Program-made: the position numbers and the translations under genes
Shown: one piece after another, positions 43,987 to 54,360 of the stretch
How positions within the stretch are numbered: position 1 is the stretch's first letter
Layout of the letters: each line of letters starts with the position of its first letter
Source of the DNA: Bacillales bacterium
GTDB lineage: Bacteria > Bacillota_I > Bacilli_A > RF39 > UBA660
NCBI GenBank assembly: GCA_016288795.1
Contig: JAEELI010000017.1
Span: forward strand, 85,856-149,855
Reading direction: 5' to 3'
Length of the DNA: 64,000 nt
The notes under the pieces: generated by a model
Seen by the model: the letters and a program-made list of their open reading frames with translations, nothing else
What the model was told of the DNA's origin: nothing
The model's database searches: none

Positions 43987-44526
43987 ATGTATGAGGATGT
44001 GTTAGTAATGGACAATTTTTATCCAGATAAATATCAAAAGAGTATTTATAGCATAAATTATAAAAAGCTTAAGAAAAATGGTATTAAATGTATACTATTT
44101 GATTTAAATAATACTTTAGTTAGTTATGAATGTGATTATCCTGATGATAAATTAAGAGAATTTATATATAATTTGGGCAAAGATTTTAAGATTATTATTG
44201 TTTCTAATAGTCCTAAAAATAGAATAAGACCATTTAAAGAAATATTAAATGTTGATGCATCTTTTTCATCAAAGAAACCTTTCAGTAAAAAATTTAAAAA
44301 AATAATGAAACTATATAATTTTAAAGATACAGAAATAGTTATGATTGGTGATAGAATAATCACTGATATTTATGGTGGTAATAAAATGAACTTTACAACA
44401 ATCCTAGTTAATAGCGTTAGCGAAAGTGAACCTTTTTTGAATAGAATAGTTAGGCACTTTGATCGTTCAATAATAAAGAGATTTAATAAAAGAGGATTGT
44501 TAATAAAGGGGGAATATTATGAGTAA
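43987..44526 (+). CDS. yqeG: YqeG-family HAD phosphatase
   Basis: HAD motif I ILFDLNNTLV; start moved from 43771 (track) to MYEDV because the upstream part overlaps terminator/low-complexity sequence. Confidence 0.6.
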   Translation: MYEDVLVMDNFYPDKYQKSIYSINYKKLKKNGIKCILFDLNNTLVSYECDYPDDKLREFIYNLGKDFKIIIVSNSPKNRIRPFKEILNVDASFSSKKPFSKKFKKIMKLYNFKDTEIVMIGDRIITDIYGGNKMNFTTILVNSVSESEPFLNRIVRHFDRSIIKRFNKRGLLIKGEYYE

Positions 44527-45400
44527 GTGCATCGGTTGTGGAATAAAACTTCAATCATTTGATAGTGGTAAACTTGGTTGGACAGAAAATCCTAAAAATA
44601 AGTATTGTGAACGATGCTTTAAGACTATTCATTATAATCAAGAAATAGTTGTAAATAATTTTGATAACAATAAAATTATAGATAGAATAAATAAGTTAGG
44701 AATGTTTACTATATTTATTACGGATTTATTAAATATTAATGGAAAATTAATTGAATATTATAAAAGAATTAATAATAAAAAAGTATTAGTAATAAATAAG
44801 TGTGATTTAATACCTAAGAATCTAAAATTAGAGCATATTGAAGATAATATTAAGAAAAGTTATCAAATAGATGAAGAAATATTTTTCGTAAGTGCTAAGA
44901 AAGATTTATATCTTAATAGAATTAAAGATAAATTATTGCTAGAAAAAAACATATTATTATGTGGTGAAACATCCTCTGGAAAGAGCACCATAATTAATAA
45001 ATTAATTGGAAGTTCTTTGACTATTAGTCATTATAATAATACTACCTTGGATTTTATCAGATTAAGTTTAGAAGATTATATTTTATATGATACTCCAGGA
45101 CTACTTATAGATAAAGATAAGAATAGTTATGATAAAATCATTGTTAGCATCAAAAAAATAAACAAAGATTATTTATTAAATATAGATAATATTAAATTAA
45201 TTGTTCAAAGTCCAATTACAATTTTTGGTAATGAGTTCATGAGTATTAAGAGTAAAAAAGAAGAATTAAAGGGAAAAGAAATAGATATTCCAGATAATAG
45301 TGATATAGTTTTAAATAATGGATTTATATATATAAAAAAGGGGTGCAAAGTTCTTTCTAATAAAGATTTAGAAATTAGAAAATCTATTATAGGTGGGTAG
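44519..45400 (+). CDS. yqeH: ribosome biogenesis GTPase YqeH-like (circularly permuted GTPase with N-terminal zinc finger)
   Basis: CIGCG...CERC zinc ribbon, permuted G4 (NKCD) before G1 (GETSSGKST), overlaps yqeG stop. Confidence 0.65.
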   Translation: MSKCIGCGIKLQSFDSGKLGWTENPKNKYCERCFKTIHYNQEIVVNNFDNNKIIDRINKLGMFTIFITDLLNINGKLIEYYKRINNKKVLVINKCDLIPKNLKLEHIEDNIKKSYQIDEEIFFVSAKKDLYLNRIKDKLLLEKNILLCGETSSGKSTIINKLIGSSLTISHYNNTTLDFIRLSLEDYILYDTPGLLIDKDKNSYDKIIVSIKKINKDYLLNIDNIKLIVQSPITIFGNEFMSIKSKKEELKGKEIDIPDNSDIVLNNGFIYIKKGCKVLSNKDLEIRKSIIGG

Positions 45401-45403
45401 TAT

Positions 45404-47125
45404 ATGAGTGTTATAAGAGTAATGAGTGAAAACTTAGCTAATAAAATTGCTGCAGGAGAAGTAGTTGAAAAATGTGCTTCTGTAGTTAAAGAATTGGTTG
45501 AGAATAGTATTGATGCTAAAAGTTCTAATATTAAAATCAACTTACTTAAAGGTGGCTTAGAAGAAATAACTGTTATTGATGATGGTGTTGGTATGGATGA
45601 AAGTGATGCTGAATTAGCATTTCAAAGGCATGCCACCAGTAAGATTTATAAAGATGACGATTTATTCTTTATTGGCACTTTAGGCTTCAGAGGTGAAGCA
45701 TTACCTTCCATAGCAGCAGTATCTGAAGTTATTTTAGAAACTTGTAAAGAAGATATTGGAACCCATATACATATTAAAGGTGGAAGTTTAGTTGAAAAAA
45801 AAGCTGCTAGTGCTAGAGTTGGAACAAGAATAACTATAACCAATTTATTTTTTAATACTCCAGCAAGATTAAAGCATTTAAAAAGTGAAACTGGAGAATT
45901 AGCGGGAGTAGTCCAATTTATTGAGAAATTAGCCTTAGCAAAACCAAATATTGGTTTTGCCTTGACTAACAATGATAAAGTATTAGTTAAAACTACTGGA
46001 AGTGGAGATTTATTAAAAACAATTCATGAAATATATGGATTAAATGTATCTAGTAATATGATGGAAATAAAAAGCGTTAATGATGATTTTGAAATAAGAG
46101 GATATATAAGTAAACCTTCAGTCTTAAAAAAGAATAGAAATCATTTTAATACTTTTGTTAATGAAAGATTAGTAAAAAACAATGATATTAATAGAGCAAT
46201 TAATGATGCTTATGGAACATACAAACATGAAGGATATTATCCAATTGTAGTTATTAATATTTATACAGATCCAACTATAGTGGATGTTAATATTCATCCA
46301 ACTAAACAAGATGTTAAAATTAGTAAGATTAATGATTTAACAAAGTTAATATATGAAACAATTAAAGAAACATTATATAAAAATTTACTGATACCTGATG
46401 CTTTGGTTGATGATAAAAACGAATCTTCAAGTATTAATGATGAAGTAGATAATAAAAAAGAAGTTAAACAATTTGTTATGGATTTAGCTTCAGAAGAAGT
46501 TGCAATAGAAGAAAAAGAAGAAAAAAACATAGAATTAAAAAAATTAAAATTATTTCCAGTAGCACAAGTTCATGGAACATTTATTATAGCCGAAAATGAA
46601 GAGGGAATGTATATAATAGATCAGCATGCTGCTCATGAAAGAGTTAACTATGAAATGATTACTAAAGAGTTTAAGCAAAGTGAAGTTCAAGTTACAGATT
46701 TATTAGTTCCCATTACTATTGAATTATCTCCAAGTGATTATTTAATATTTATGGACAATAAAAATGTTTTAGAAGAGTTAGGGTTTAAGTTTAGTGAATA
46801 TGGTATAAATACTATAGCGATAAAATCGCATCCAACTTGGTTGAAGATGAATTATGAAGGAGATAATTTAAAATATATTGTAGATTTATTATTAGAAACT
46901 GGTTCTAATTTTAGTAAAGAAAAATACTTAGATAGTTTAGCCAAAATGGCCTCTTGCAAGATGAGTGTTAAAGCTAATGAGCATTTAAGTTTAAAACAGA
47001 TGGAAAAATTATTAGATGATTTAATGAAATGTGATAATCCATACAATTGTTGTCACGGAAGACCATCCATAGTTAAATTTAACAATTATGAATTAGATAA
47101 AATGTTCAAAAGAATATTGGATTAA
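45404..47125 (+). CDS. mutL: DNA mismatch repair protein MutL
   Basis: GHKL ATPase N-terminus (IRVMSENLANKIAAGEVVE), C-terminal dimerisation with CCHGRP endonuclease-type motif. Confidence 0.9.
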   Translation: MSVIRVMSENLANKIAAGEVVEKCASVVKELVENSIDAKSSNIKINLLKGGLEEITVIDDGVGMDESDAELAFQRHATSKIYKDDDLFFIGTLGFRGEALPSIAAVSEVILETCKEDIGTHIHIKGGSLVEKKAASARVGTRITITNLFFNTPARLKHLKSETGELAGVVQFIEKLALAKPNIGFALTNNDKVLVKTTGSGDLLKTIHEIYGLNVSSNMMEIKSVNDDFEIRGYISKPSVLKKNRNHFNTFVNERLVKNNDINRAINDAYGTYKHEGYYPIVVINIYTDPTIVDVNIHPTKQDVKISKINDLTKLIYETIKETLYKNLLIPDALVDDKNESSSINDEVDNKKEVKQFVMDLASEEVAIEEKEEKNIELKKLKLFPVAQVHGTFIIAENEEGMYIIDQHAAHERVNYEMITKEFKQSEVQVTDLLVPITIELSPSDYLIFMDNKNVLEELGFKFSEYGINTIAIKSHPTWLKMNYEGDNLKYIVDLLLETGSNFSKEKYLDSLAKMASCKMSVKANEHLSLKQMEKLLDDLMKCDNPYNCCHGRPSIVKFNNYELDKMFKRILD

Positions 47126-47185
47126 TATAGCATTTTTATTGAAAATATAAAAAAATTATAATAAAATAAGTCTAGGTGAGGAAAA

Positions 47186-47629
47186 ATGATAAAAGAATTT
47201 AAAGAATTTATTTCAAAAGGTAATGTTATGGACATGGCAGTTGGTGTAATTATAGGTGGAGCTTTTGCTTCAATAGTTACAGCACTTACTGATTCATTTA
47301 TTCAACCATTACTAAATTTAATTGGAGGTGCAGAAGTAAAAGGAACTATTCCTCTAGGTAATACAGGGGAAGCATTAAATTATGGTTCGTTTATTACTGC
47401 AGTTATTAATTTCTTAATTATTGCTTTTATATTATTCTTAATAATTAAAGCATTTAATGGAGCTAGTAAAAAAGCAGAAGCAAGAATTGCAAAGATTGCT
47501 AAAAAGACTGGTAAATCAATTGAAGAAGTTAAAGCAGAAGAAACTCCAGCAGTTCAAAAAAGTGATGAAGTTATTTTACTTGAAGAAATTAGAGATTTAT
47601 TGAAAAAAAATTCGAAAGGAAATAAATAA
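47186..47629 (+). CDS. mscL: large-conductance mechanosensitive channel
   Basis: [31 protein letters not shown] classic MscL N-terminus. Confidence 0.85.
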   Translation: MIKEFKEFISKGNVMDMAVGVIIGGAFASIVTALTDSFIQPLLNLIGGAEVKGTIPLGNTGEALNYGSFITAVINFLIIAFILFLIIKAFNGASKKAEARIAKIAKKTGKSIEEVKAEETPAVQKSDEVILLEEIRDLLKKNSKGNK

Positions 47630-47838
47630 TGTTACAAAACATATTATATTTAATCGGGGGATTAATAGTTGGAATCATTATTGGTTTTCTAATTGCTAGA
47701 TTAATTATGAAAAAATATTTGACTAAGAATCCACCAATCAATGAAAAAATGATTGAAACTATGATGAGCAGCATGGGAAGAAAACCTAGTCAAAAACAAG
47801 TTAAACAAGTAATGAACCAAATGAATAGAATAAAATAA
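47629..47838 (+). CDS. UPF0154/YneF-family small membrane protein
   Basis: 69 aa; [39 protein letters not shown] matches YneF family core. Confidence 0.6.
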   Translation: MLQNILYLIGGLIVGIIIGFLIARLIMKKYLTKNPPINEKMIETMMSSMGRKPSQKQVKQVMNQMNRIK

Positions 47839-47874
47839 TATTATTAAATTGAAGACGAAAGAATAGTAACAATA

Positions 47875-48060
47875 ATATATTTTAAAAGAGAATTAGTGGT
47901 TGGTGAGAACTAATAAATAGTTATTGTGAATCTACTTTTAGAGAGTGTTCAAAAAACACCGGAGAAATAATCCGTTAAAAGTTAATAAGTAATATATGGG
48001 ATGGTACCGCAGAATTGCTCCTTGAGTAGTTTTGTGGTCCTTTTTAATAGAAAGGAAATA
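47875..48060 (+). promoter_or_regulatory. T-box riboswitch leader of serS
   Basis: Stem I AGAGAATTAGTGGTTGGTGAGAACTAATAAATAG; T-box GGGATGGTACCGCAG at ~47998-48012. Confidence 0.7.
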
Positions 48061-48062
48061 AT

Positions 48063-49352
48063 ATGATAGATATTAAATTAATAAGAGAGAATAGAGAATT
48101 AGTTAAAGAAAATATTAAGAAAAAGTTTCAAGATAAAAAATTGCCTTTAGTTGATGAAGTATATAATTTAGATATAGAATTTCGTGAATTAAAAACTAAA
48201 GCAGATAATTTAAGAAATGAAAGAAATAGTTTAAGTCAAGAAATTGGCTTATTAATGAAAGATAAAAAAATAGATGAAGCAAACAAAGTAAAAGAACATG
48301 TTAAAGAGATTAATGAAGAAATACCTAAATTAGAATTAGAAGAAGAAAGGCTATCTAATGAAATAAAAGAAAGAATGATGGTTATTCCAAATATTATTGC
48401 CGACGATGTTCCGATTGGTAAAGATGATTCTGAAAACGTTGAAGAACAAAGATTTGGTGAACCAGTTGTGCCATCATTTGAAATACCTTATCATGCAGAT
48501 ATTATGGCTTCATTTAATGGTTTAGATAAAGAATCAGCTGGAAAAGCTGCTGGAAATGGTTTTTATTATCTAATGGGAGATATTGCTAGACTTCATTCTG
48601 CAATATTAACTTATGCTAGAGATTTTATGATTGATAAGGGATTTACATATTGTATTCCTCCATTCATGATTAGAAGTGATGCAGTAGATGGAGTAATGAG
48701 TTTTGAAGAAAAAGAAAATATGATGTATAAAATAGAAGGAGAAGATTTATATTTAATCGGAACTTCTGAACATTCAATGATTGCTAAGTATAAAGATCAA
48801 TTATTAAAAGAAAGTGATTTACCAATCACAATGACTTCATATTCTCCTTGTTTTCGTAAAGAAGTTGGAGCTCATGGTATAGAAGAAAGAGGAATATATC
48901 GTATTCATCAATTCGAAAAACAAGAAATGATTGTTCTATGCTTACCAGAAGAAAGCGAAAAATGGTATGAAAAAATGTGGAATTATTCTGTTGAATTATT
49001 TAGAAGTTTAGACATACCAGTTCGTAAGTTGGTTTGTTGTTCTGGAGACTTAGCTGACTTAAAATATCGTTCATGTGATATAGAAGCATGGAGTCCAAGA
49101 CAACAAAAATATTTTGAAGTATGTTCTTGTTCAAATCTAACTAGTGCTCAAGCAAGAAGAATGGGTATACGTTACAAAAAAGAAGATGGCAACAAAGAAT
49201 TTGTTCATACATTAAATAATACTGTAGTAGCACCTCCACGTATGTTGATTGCTTTTCTAGAAAACAATCTATGTGAAGATGGTAGTGTTAAAATACCTGA
49301 GGTCTTAAGACCATACATGGGTGGAAAGGAATTTATAAAGAAAAATAAATAA
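48063..49352 (+). CDS. serS: seryl-tRNA synthetase
   Basis: N-terminal coiled-coil arm, class II motifs, 429 aa. Confidence 0.9.
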   Translation: MIDIKLIRENRELVKENIKKKFQDKKLPLVDEVYNLDIEFRELKTKADNLRNERNSLSQEIGLLMKDKKIDEANKVKEHVKEINEEIPKLELEEERLSNEIKERMMVIPNIIADDVPIGKDDSENVEEQRFGEPVVPSFEIPYHADIMASFNGLDKESAGKAAGNGFYYLMGDIARLHSAILTYARDFMIDKGFTYCIPPFMIRSDAVDGVMSFEEKENMMYKIEGEDLYLIGTSEHSMIAKYKDQLLKESDLPITMTSYSPCFRKEVGAHGIEERGIYRIHQFEKQEMIVLCLPEESEKWYEKMWNYSVELFRSLDIPVRKLVCCSGDLADLKYRSCDIEAWSPRQQKYFEVCSCSNLTSAQARRMGIRYKKEDGNKEFVHTLNNTVVAPPRMLIAFLENNLCEDGSVKIPEVLRPYMGGKEFIKKNK

Positions 49353-49590
49353 TTATTTTTCTTTTTTTGTCGAATAAATAGAAGTTTTGATAACCTTTGT
49401 CGAAGGTATTGCAACATCAAATAATTAAGTCTATAGTTAATCATGAAAGCGGGGATTTGGTTGATTTCATATTAACTATTTTCTTTTATTTTTAAATATT
49501 GTTCTACCCTTACTAAATATCCTAATTTCAACAACCCGCTTTCATATTTTACTTTAGTATGATAAAATATCGGGGATAGGAAGTGTTATT

Positions 49591-50994
49591 ATGCATTTAC
49601 CAGATTTGAATGTTGCTAAGGATAGAACTAAAAAAGAGAATATATATATTGATTTAAATGAAAACTATAATAAAGTTTTTTCTAATAAAAAATATTTTTT
49701 AAGAACTTATGGTTGCCAAATGAATGTTCATGATAGTGAACAAATAAGACATTATTTGGAAACCTTGGGCTTAAAAAGCACAGATAAGATTGAAGAAGCA
49801 AACATAGTTGTTTTGAATACTTGTGCAATTAGAGAAAATGCTAGGGATAAAGTAGTTGGATTCTTAGGGAAATGCAAATATTTAAAAAAGAATCATGAAG
49901 ATTTTAAAATTATTCTTACTGGTTGTATGAGCGAACAGCCAGATTTTATTGAACTTATTCAAAAAAAACATCCATATGTGGATGTTGTCATTGGAACTCA
50001 TAATATTCATCAATTACCTAAATTACTTATAAATAATAACCCAAAACAAGATATAGAGGTATATTCTAATAGTGATGAAGTTATTGAAAATATTCAATAT
50101 GCTAGAGATTCTAAAATATCTGCTTGGGTTAATATCATGTTTGGCTGCGATAAGTTTTGTACATATTGTATTGTTCCATACACAAGAGGTAGAGAAAGAA
50201 GTAGAAAACCAGAAGAAATTATTAAAGAGGTTAAGGATTTAAAAAAGAATGGTTATAAAGAAGTTACTTTACTTGGTCAAAATGTTAATGCCTATGGAAA
50301 AGACATTGGTGAGAAGTTTAGTGATTTATTAGAGAAAGTTGCTCAAACAGGTATTGAAAGAATAAGATTTGTAACTTCTCACCCCTGGAATTTTACTGAT
50401 GAAATGATTGATGTGATCGCTAAGTATAAAAATATAATGCCTTATATCCATTTGCCTATTCAATCTGGAAGTAATGAAATATTAAAAAGAATGAATAGAA
50501 GATATACTAAGGAAGAATACTTAGAATTGTTTAATAAAATGAAAAAGAAAATTAATAATGTTTCTATTACAACGGATATAATAGTGGGATTCCCTGGTGA
50601 AACTGATAAAGATTTCCAAGAAACATTAGATGTTGTCCGAAAATGTGAATTTGATGGTGCTTATACTTTTATTTTTTCACCTCGAGAGGGAACCCCTGCG
50701 GCTAAAATGAAAGATAATATATCTTTAAAAGAAAAAGAAAAAAGATTACATGAATTAAACGAAGTAGTTAATTATTATGCTAATAAAAGTAATCAAAAAT
50801 TATTAAATAAGACCTTGGATGTCTTAGTCACTGGAGTATCAGATAAAGATAATAATAAATTATGTGGCTATACTGAAGGAATGAAATTAGTTAATATATC
50901 AGGGCCTAAAGACATCATCGGTTCGATAGTAAAGATTAAAATAACAGACGCTAAAAGTTTTAGCTTAGATGGAGAATATGTAGATGAAAGATAA
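49591..50994 (+). CDS. miaB: tRNA-i6A37 methylthiotransferase MiaB (radical SAM)
   Basis: MTTase N-domain RTYGCQMN, radical SAM CDKFCTYC, TRAM C-terminus. Confidence 0.85.
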   Translation: MHLPDLNVAKDRTKKENIYIDLNENYNKVFSNKKYFLRTYGCQMNVHDSEQIRHYLETLGLKSTDKIEEANIVVLNTCAIRENARDKVVGFLGKCKYLKKNHEDFKIILTGCMSEQPDFIELIQKKHPYVDVVIGTHNIHQLPKLLINNNPKQDIEVYSNSDEVIENIQYARDSKISAWVNIMFGCDKFCTYCIVPYTRGRERSRKPEEIIKEVKDLKKNGYKEVTLLGQNVNAYGKDIGEKFSDLLEKVAQTGIERIRFVTSHPWNFTDEMIDVIAKYKNIMPYIHLPIQSGSNEILKRMNRRYTKEEYLELFNKMKKKINNVSITTDIIVGFPGETDKDFQETLDVVRKCEFDGAYTFIFSPREGTPAAKMKDNISLKEKEKRLHELNEVVNYYANKSNQKLLNKTLDVLVTGVSDKDNNKLCGYTEGMKLVNISGPKDIIGSIVKIKITDAKSFSLDGEYVDER

Positions 50995-51568
50995 AATAGA
51001 ATTAATAAATAAAAGTATTGCCGCTAGTTTATTAATAAGCCTTGGCAATTATGCTTTATTAAAGTTAGGCAATCCAATTGGACCAATAATATTTGCCTTT
51101 GGATTGCTAGGGGTATGCTATATGGGCCTTAATTTATTTACCGGTAAATGTGGTTTTATATTTCAAGATAAAATTAAAATAGTAGATATATTATTAATAT
51201 TATTATTTAATTTAATTGGAGGATATTTATTTGGTTTATTATTTAGTTTTACAGATAAAGAATTAATAAGTGTAGCTATTAATAAGATATCCACTTGGAG
51301 TTTCTCCTTTTCATATTTTAGCAAATCATTCTTATGTGGAATTATAATGTATATTGCAGTTTATATGTATAAAAAAGGAACTCCTTTGGGAATAATATTT
51401 GGTATTCCGTTATTTATCTTCTGTGGTTTTCAACATTCCATAGCAAATATAATAACCCTAGGTGTTGCTAGATCATTTAATTTTTCTATAATCATATGTA
51501 TATTGGGTAACCTCTTGGGTTCATTATTTATATGGTTTATATCTAAAGACATAAAAAAATCCTCATAA
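50984..51568 (+). CDS. short formate/nitrite-transporter-family-like membrane protein
   Basis: 194 aa multi-TM; GFQHSIANI resembles FNT family GFEHSIANM loop; overlaps miaB stop. Confidence 0.35.
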   Translation: MKDKIELINKSIAASLLISLGNYALLKLGNPIGPIIFAFGLLGVCYMGLNLFTGKCGFIFQDKIKIVDILLILLFNLIGGYLFGLLFSFTDKELISVAINKISTWSFSFSYFSKSFLCGIIMYIAVYMYKKGTPLGIIFGIPLFIFCGFQHSIANIITLGVARSFNFSIIICILGNLLGSLFIWFISKDIKKSS

Positions 51569-51580
51569 GAGGATTTTTTA

Positions 51581-52183
51581 TTATCTATTATAGAATTCAA
51601 CGATTAATTGTTCATTAATTTCGCTATTAAGTTCATTTCTTTCAGGAACTCTAACATATTTACCATTTAATTTTTTGTTATCAAATTCTAAATAAGCTGG
51701 AACATTTCTTTTATCTTCAAGAGAAACTTGAATAGCTGGATGATTAATTGAGTTTTCTTTTACAGAAACAGTATCACCAGGCATAACACGATAAGAAGGA
51801 ATGTCTACTTTTTTACCATTTACTAAAATATGACCATGATTTACAAGTTGTCTTGCACCACGACGAGTTCTAGCTAAACCTAAACGATAAACAATATTAT
51901 CCAATCTAGATTCAAGTAACATAAGTAAGTTTTCACCAGCAATACCATGCATTTTTTGAGCTTTATCAAAAACTTTATGGAATTGTTTTTCAGTTAAACC
52001 ATACATAAATCTTACTTTTTGTTTTTCTTGTAATTGAACACCATATTCTGATGATTTCTTTTTACGATCCTTGCCATGCATTCCAGGAGCATAAGGACGA
52101 CGAGCCAAATCTTTACCATTTTCTAAAGTAGAAAAAGCCAGTCTTCTAGATTTTTTGTAAGCAGGTCCAGTATATCTTGCCAT
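51581..52183 (-). CDS. rpsD: 30S ribosomal protein S4
   Basis: [16 protein letters not shown]-terminus; start trimmed from track (MERRYF...) to canonical MARYTGP with GGAGA RBS. Confidence 0.9.
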   Translation of the reverse strand: MARYTGPAYKKSRRLAFSTLENGKDLARRPYAPGMHGKDRKKKSSEYGVQLQEKQKVRFMYGLTEKQFHKVFDKAQKMHGIAGENLLMLLESRLDNIVYRLGLARTRRGARQLVNHGHILVNGKKVDIPSYRVMPGDTVSVKENSINHPAIQVSLEDKRNVPAYLEFDNKKLNGKYVRVPERNELNSEINEQLIVEFYNR

Positions 52184-52438
52184 AAAATATCTCCTTTCCA
52201 TTAAATTACAAAATTATTTAGTTTTTATCTTAAAGATATCATAGGGAGTTTCAATTAATTTCACTTAGGCAGTCTAAGTTACTTTATTATTTAAGAAACA
52301 CATTATAATTCTTTAAAATAACTGCCAAATCAAATTGCATAATTATTATACTATATTTCTTCGTAATGTCAAATAGAACCTTATTTTAAACTTGTCAAAA
52401 AATATAAGATATGGTATATTATATATGCACTTGGAAAT

Positions 52439-52515
52439 GGCGCTGTAGCTCAGCTGGCTAGAGCATCCGGTTCATACCCGGCAGGTCGAGAGTTCGAATC
52501 TCCCCGGCGCTACCA
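52439..52515 (+). tRNA. tRNA-Met (anticodon CAT), elongator type, CCA encoded
   Basis: hand fold: D-arm GCTC-AGCTGGCTA-GAGC, anticodon loop TTCATAC, T-loop TTCGAAT, G1:U72 so not initiator; Ile2-lysidine tRNA not excluded. Confidence 0.8.
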
Positions 52516-52526
52516 TTTTATAATTA

Positions 52527-52552
52527 AAGTTCTATTTATAGAACTTTTTTTA
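52527..52552 (+). terminator. terminator after tRNA-Met
   Basis: AAAGTTCTATTTATAGAACTTTTTTT hairpin + U-tract. Confidence 0.6.
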
Positions 52553-52623
52553 TTAAATCAATTAAAAGATATACTATACTTTTTTATTGAATATATAATA
52601 TAATTATTTAGAAAGAGGTCAAT

Positions 52624-54360
52624 ATGATAAAGACATTAGCTAAAAGTATTAGAGAGTATAAAAAAGAATCGATATTATCATGTGTGTTGATTGTTATCGA
52701 AGTAATAATGGAAGTTATTATTCCTTTAATAATGGCTTTTTTATTAGATGAGGGCATTCATAAAGGTAATAAAACAGTAATTTGGCAAAGTAGTTTTTTA
52801 TTACTAATTGTTGCTATTATTTCTTTAGTATGTGGAACTATAGCTAGTTTATTATCTGCTAAAGCAAGTTGTGGTTTTGCCAAGAACCTAAGGAAAGATA
52901 TGTATTATAAAGTTCAGGATTATTCATTTTCTAATATAGATAAGTTTTCTTCTTCAAGTATCGTAACTAGATTAACCACAGATGTTTCTTATGTTCAAAT
53001 GGCATATCAAATGATTATTAGAACAGCTCTTAGAGCGCCATTTATGTTATTATTCTCTTTAATAATGGCTTTTTATATTAATAGTAAAGTTGCTTTAATA
53101 TTTTTAGTAGTTATGCCATTTTTGGCAATTGCGCTCTTCATTATTAGTTCTAAAGCGCATCCAATATTTAGGGAAGTATTTAAAACTTATGATGATTTAA
53201 ATACTGTAGTTCAAGAAAACGTTCGTGGAATTAGAGTAGTTAAATCTTATGTTAAAGAAGATTATGAAAAAGAAAAATTTAGTAAAATATCTCAAAAAAT
53301 ATTTACTAAATTTAGTAAAGCCGAAAAAATCGTAGCATATAATGCTCCGGTTATGCAATTAAGTATGTATACCTGTATCTTATTAATATCTTGGTTTGGT
53401 TCCAAATTAATTGTTGGAGGTTCATTAACAACGGGAGAATTAACTAGTTTATTCTCCTATACTGGAGCCATTTTAACTAGTTTAATGATGTGTTCAATGA
53501 TTTATGTTATGTGTATTATTTCTTGGACAAGCGCTCAAAGAATAGTAGAAATTTTAAAAGAAACCCCAGATTTAACTAATCCAACTAATCCAGTTCAAAA
53601 AGTTCTAGATGGAAGAATAGAATTTAATAATGTAACATTTAGCTATGCTAAAGATGATGAAAAACTAAGTTTAAAAAATGTAAGTTTTAAGATTAATTCT
53701 GGAGAAGTAATAGGGATAATCGGGGGAACTGGTAGTTCAAAATCAACTTTAGTTAGTTTAATAAACCGTTTATATGATGTAACTAAGGGTTCAGTTTCAG
53801 TTGGAGGAGTAGATGTTAAAGATTATGATTTAGCATCACTACGTGATGGAGTATCAGTTGTATTACAAAAGAATGTATTATTCTCGGGCACAATTATTGA
53901 AAACTTAAGATGGGGAAATAAAAATGCAAGTCTAAAAGATATAAAAAATGTATGTAAGATAGCTTGTGCCTCTGAGTTTATTGAAAATCTTCCAAATAAA
54001 TATGAATATGTTTTAGACCAAGGAGGAACCAATGTATCTGGAGGTCAAAAACAAAGATTATGTATAGCAAGAGCATTATTAAAAGAGCCAAAAATATTAA
54101 TATTAGATGACTCAACTAGTGCAGTAGATACTGCGACTGATGCTAAGATAATGGATGGATTAAGTAAGTATTTGCCTAATGTTACTAAAATTATTATTGC
54201 TCAAAGAATATCTAGCGTAGAAAACGCGGATAGAGTTATTGTTATGGATAAAGGAAAGATTAATGATATTGGAACTCCAGAAGAATTATTAAAGAAAAAT
54301 AAAATTTATCAAGAAGTATATAATTCGCAAAAGAAAGGAGCTAACAATAATGAAAAATAA
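52624..54360 (+). CDS. ABC transporter permease/ATPase (type I exporter, half-transporter A)
   Basis: 6-TM domain then Walker A GGTGSSKST, signature VSGGQKQRLCIARAL, Walker B ILILDDSTSAVD. Confidence 0.85.
   Translation: MIKTLAKSIREYKKESILSCVLIVIEVIMEVIIPLIMAFLLDEGIHKGNKTVIWQSSFLLLIVAIISLVCGTIASLLSAKASCGFAKNLRKDMYYKVQDYSFSNIDKFSSSSIVTRLTTDVSYVQMAYQMIIRTALRAPFMLLFSLIMAFYINSKVALIFLVVMPFLAIALFIISSKAHPIFREVFKTYDDLNTVVQENVRGIRVVKSYVKEDYEKEKFSKISQKIFTKFSKAEKIVAYNAPVMQLSMYTCILLISWFGSKLIVGGSLTTGELTSLFSYTGAILTSLMMCSMIYVMCIISWTSAQRIVEILKETPDLTNPTNPVQKVLDGRIEFNNVTFSYAKDDEKLSLKNVSFKINSGEVIGIIGGTGSSKSTLVSLINRLYDVTKGSVSVGGVDVKDYDLASLRDGVSVVLQKNVLFSGTIIENLRWGNKNASLKDIKNVCKIACASEFIENLPNKYEYVLDQGGTNVSGGQKQRLCIARALLKEPKILILDDSTSAVDTATDAKIMDGLSKYLPNVTKIIIAQRISSVENADRVIVMDKGKINDIGTPEELLKKNKIYQEVYNSQKKGANNNEK

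Noticed and set aside
52184-52201. Track start of rpsD at MERRYF
   Set aside because: S4 proteins begin MARYTGP; GGAGA RBS is correctly spaced for the internal ATG.
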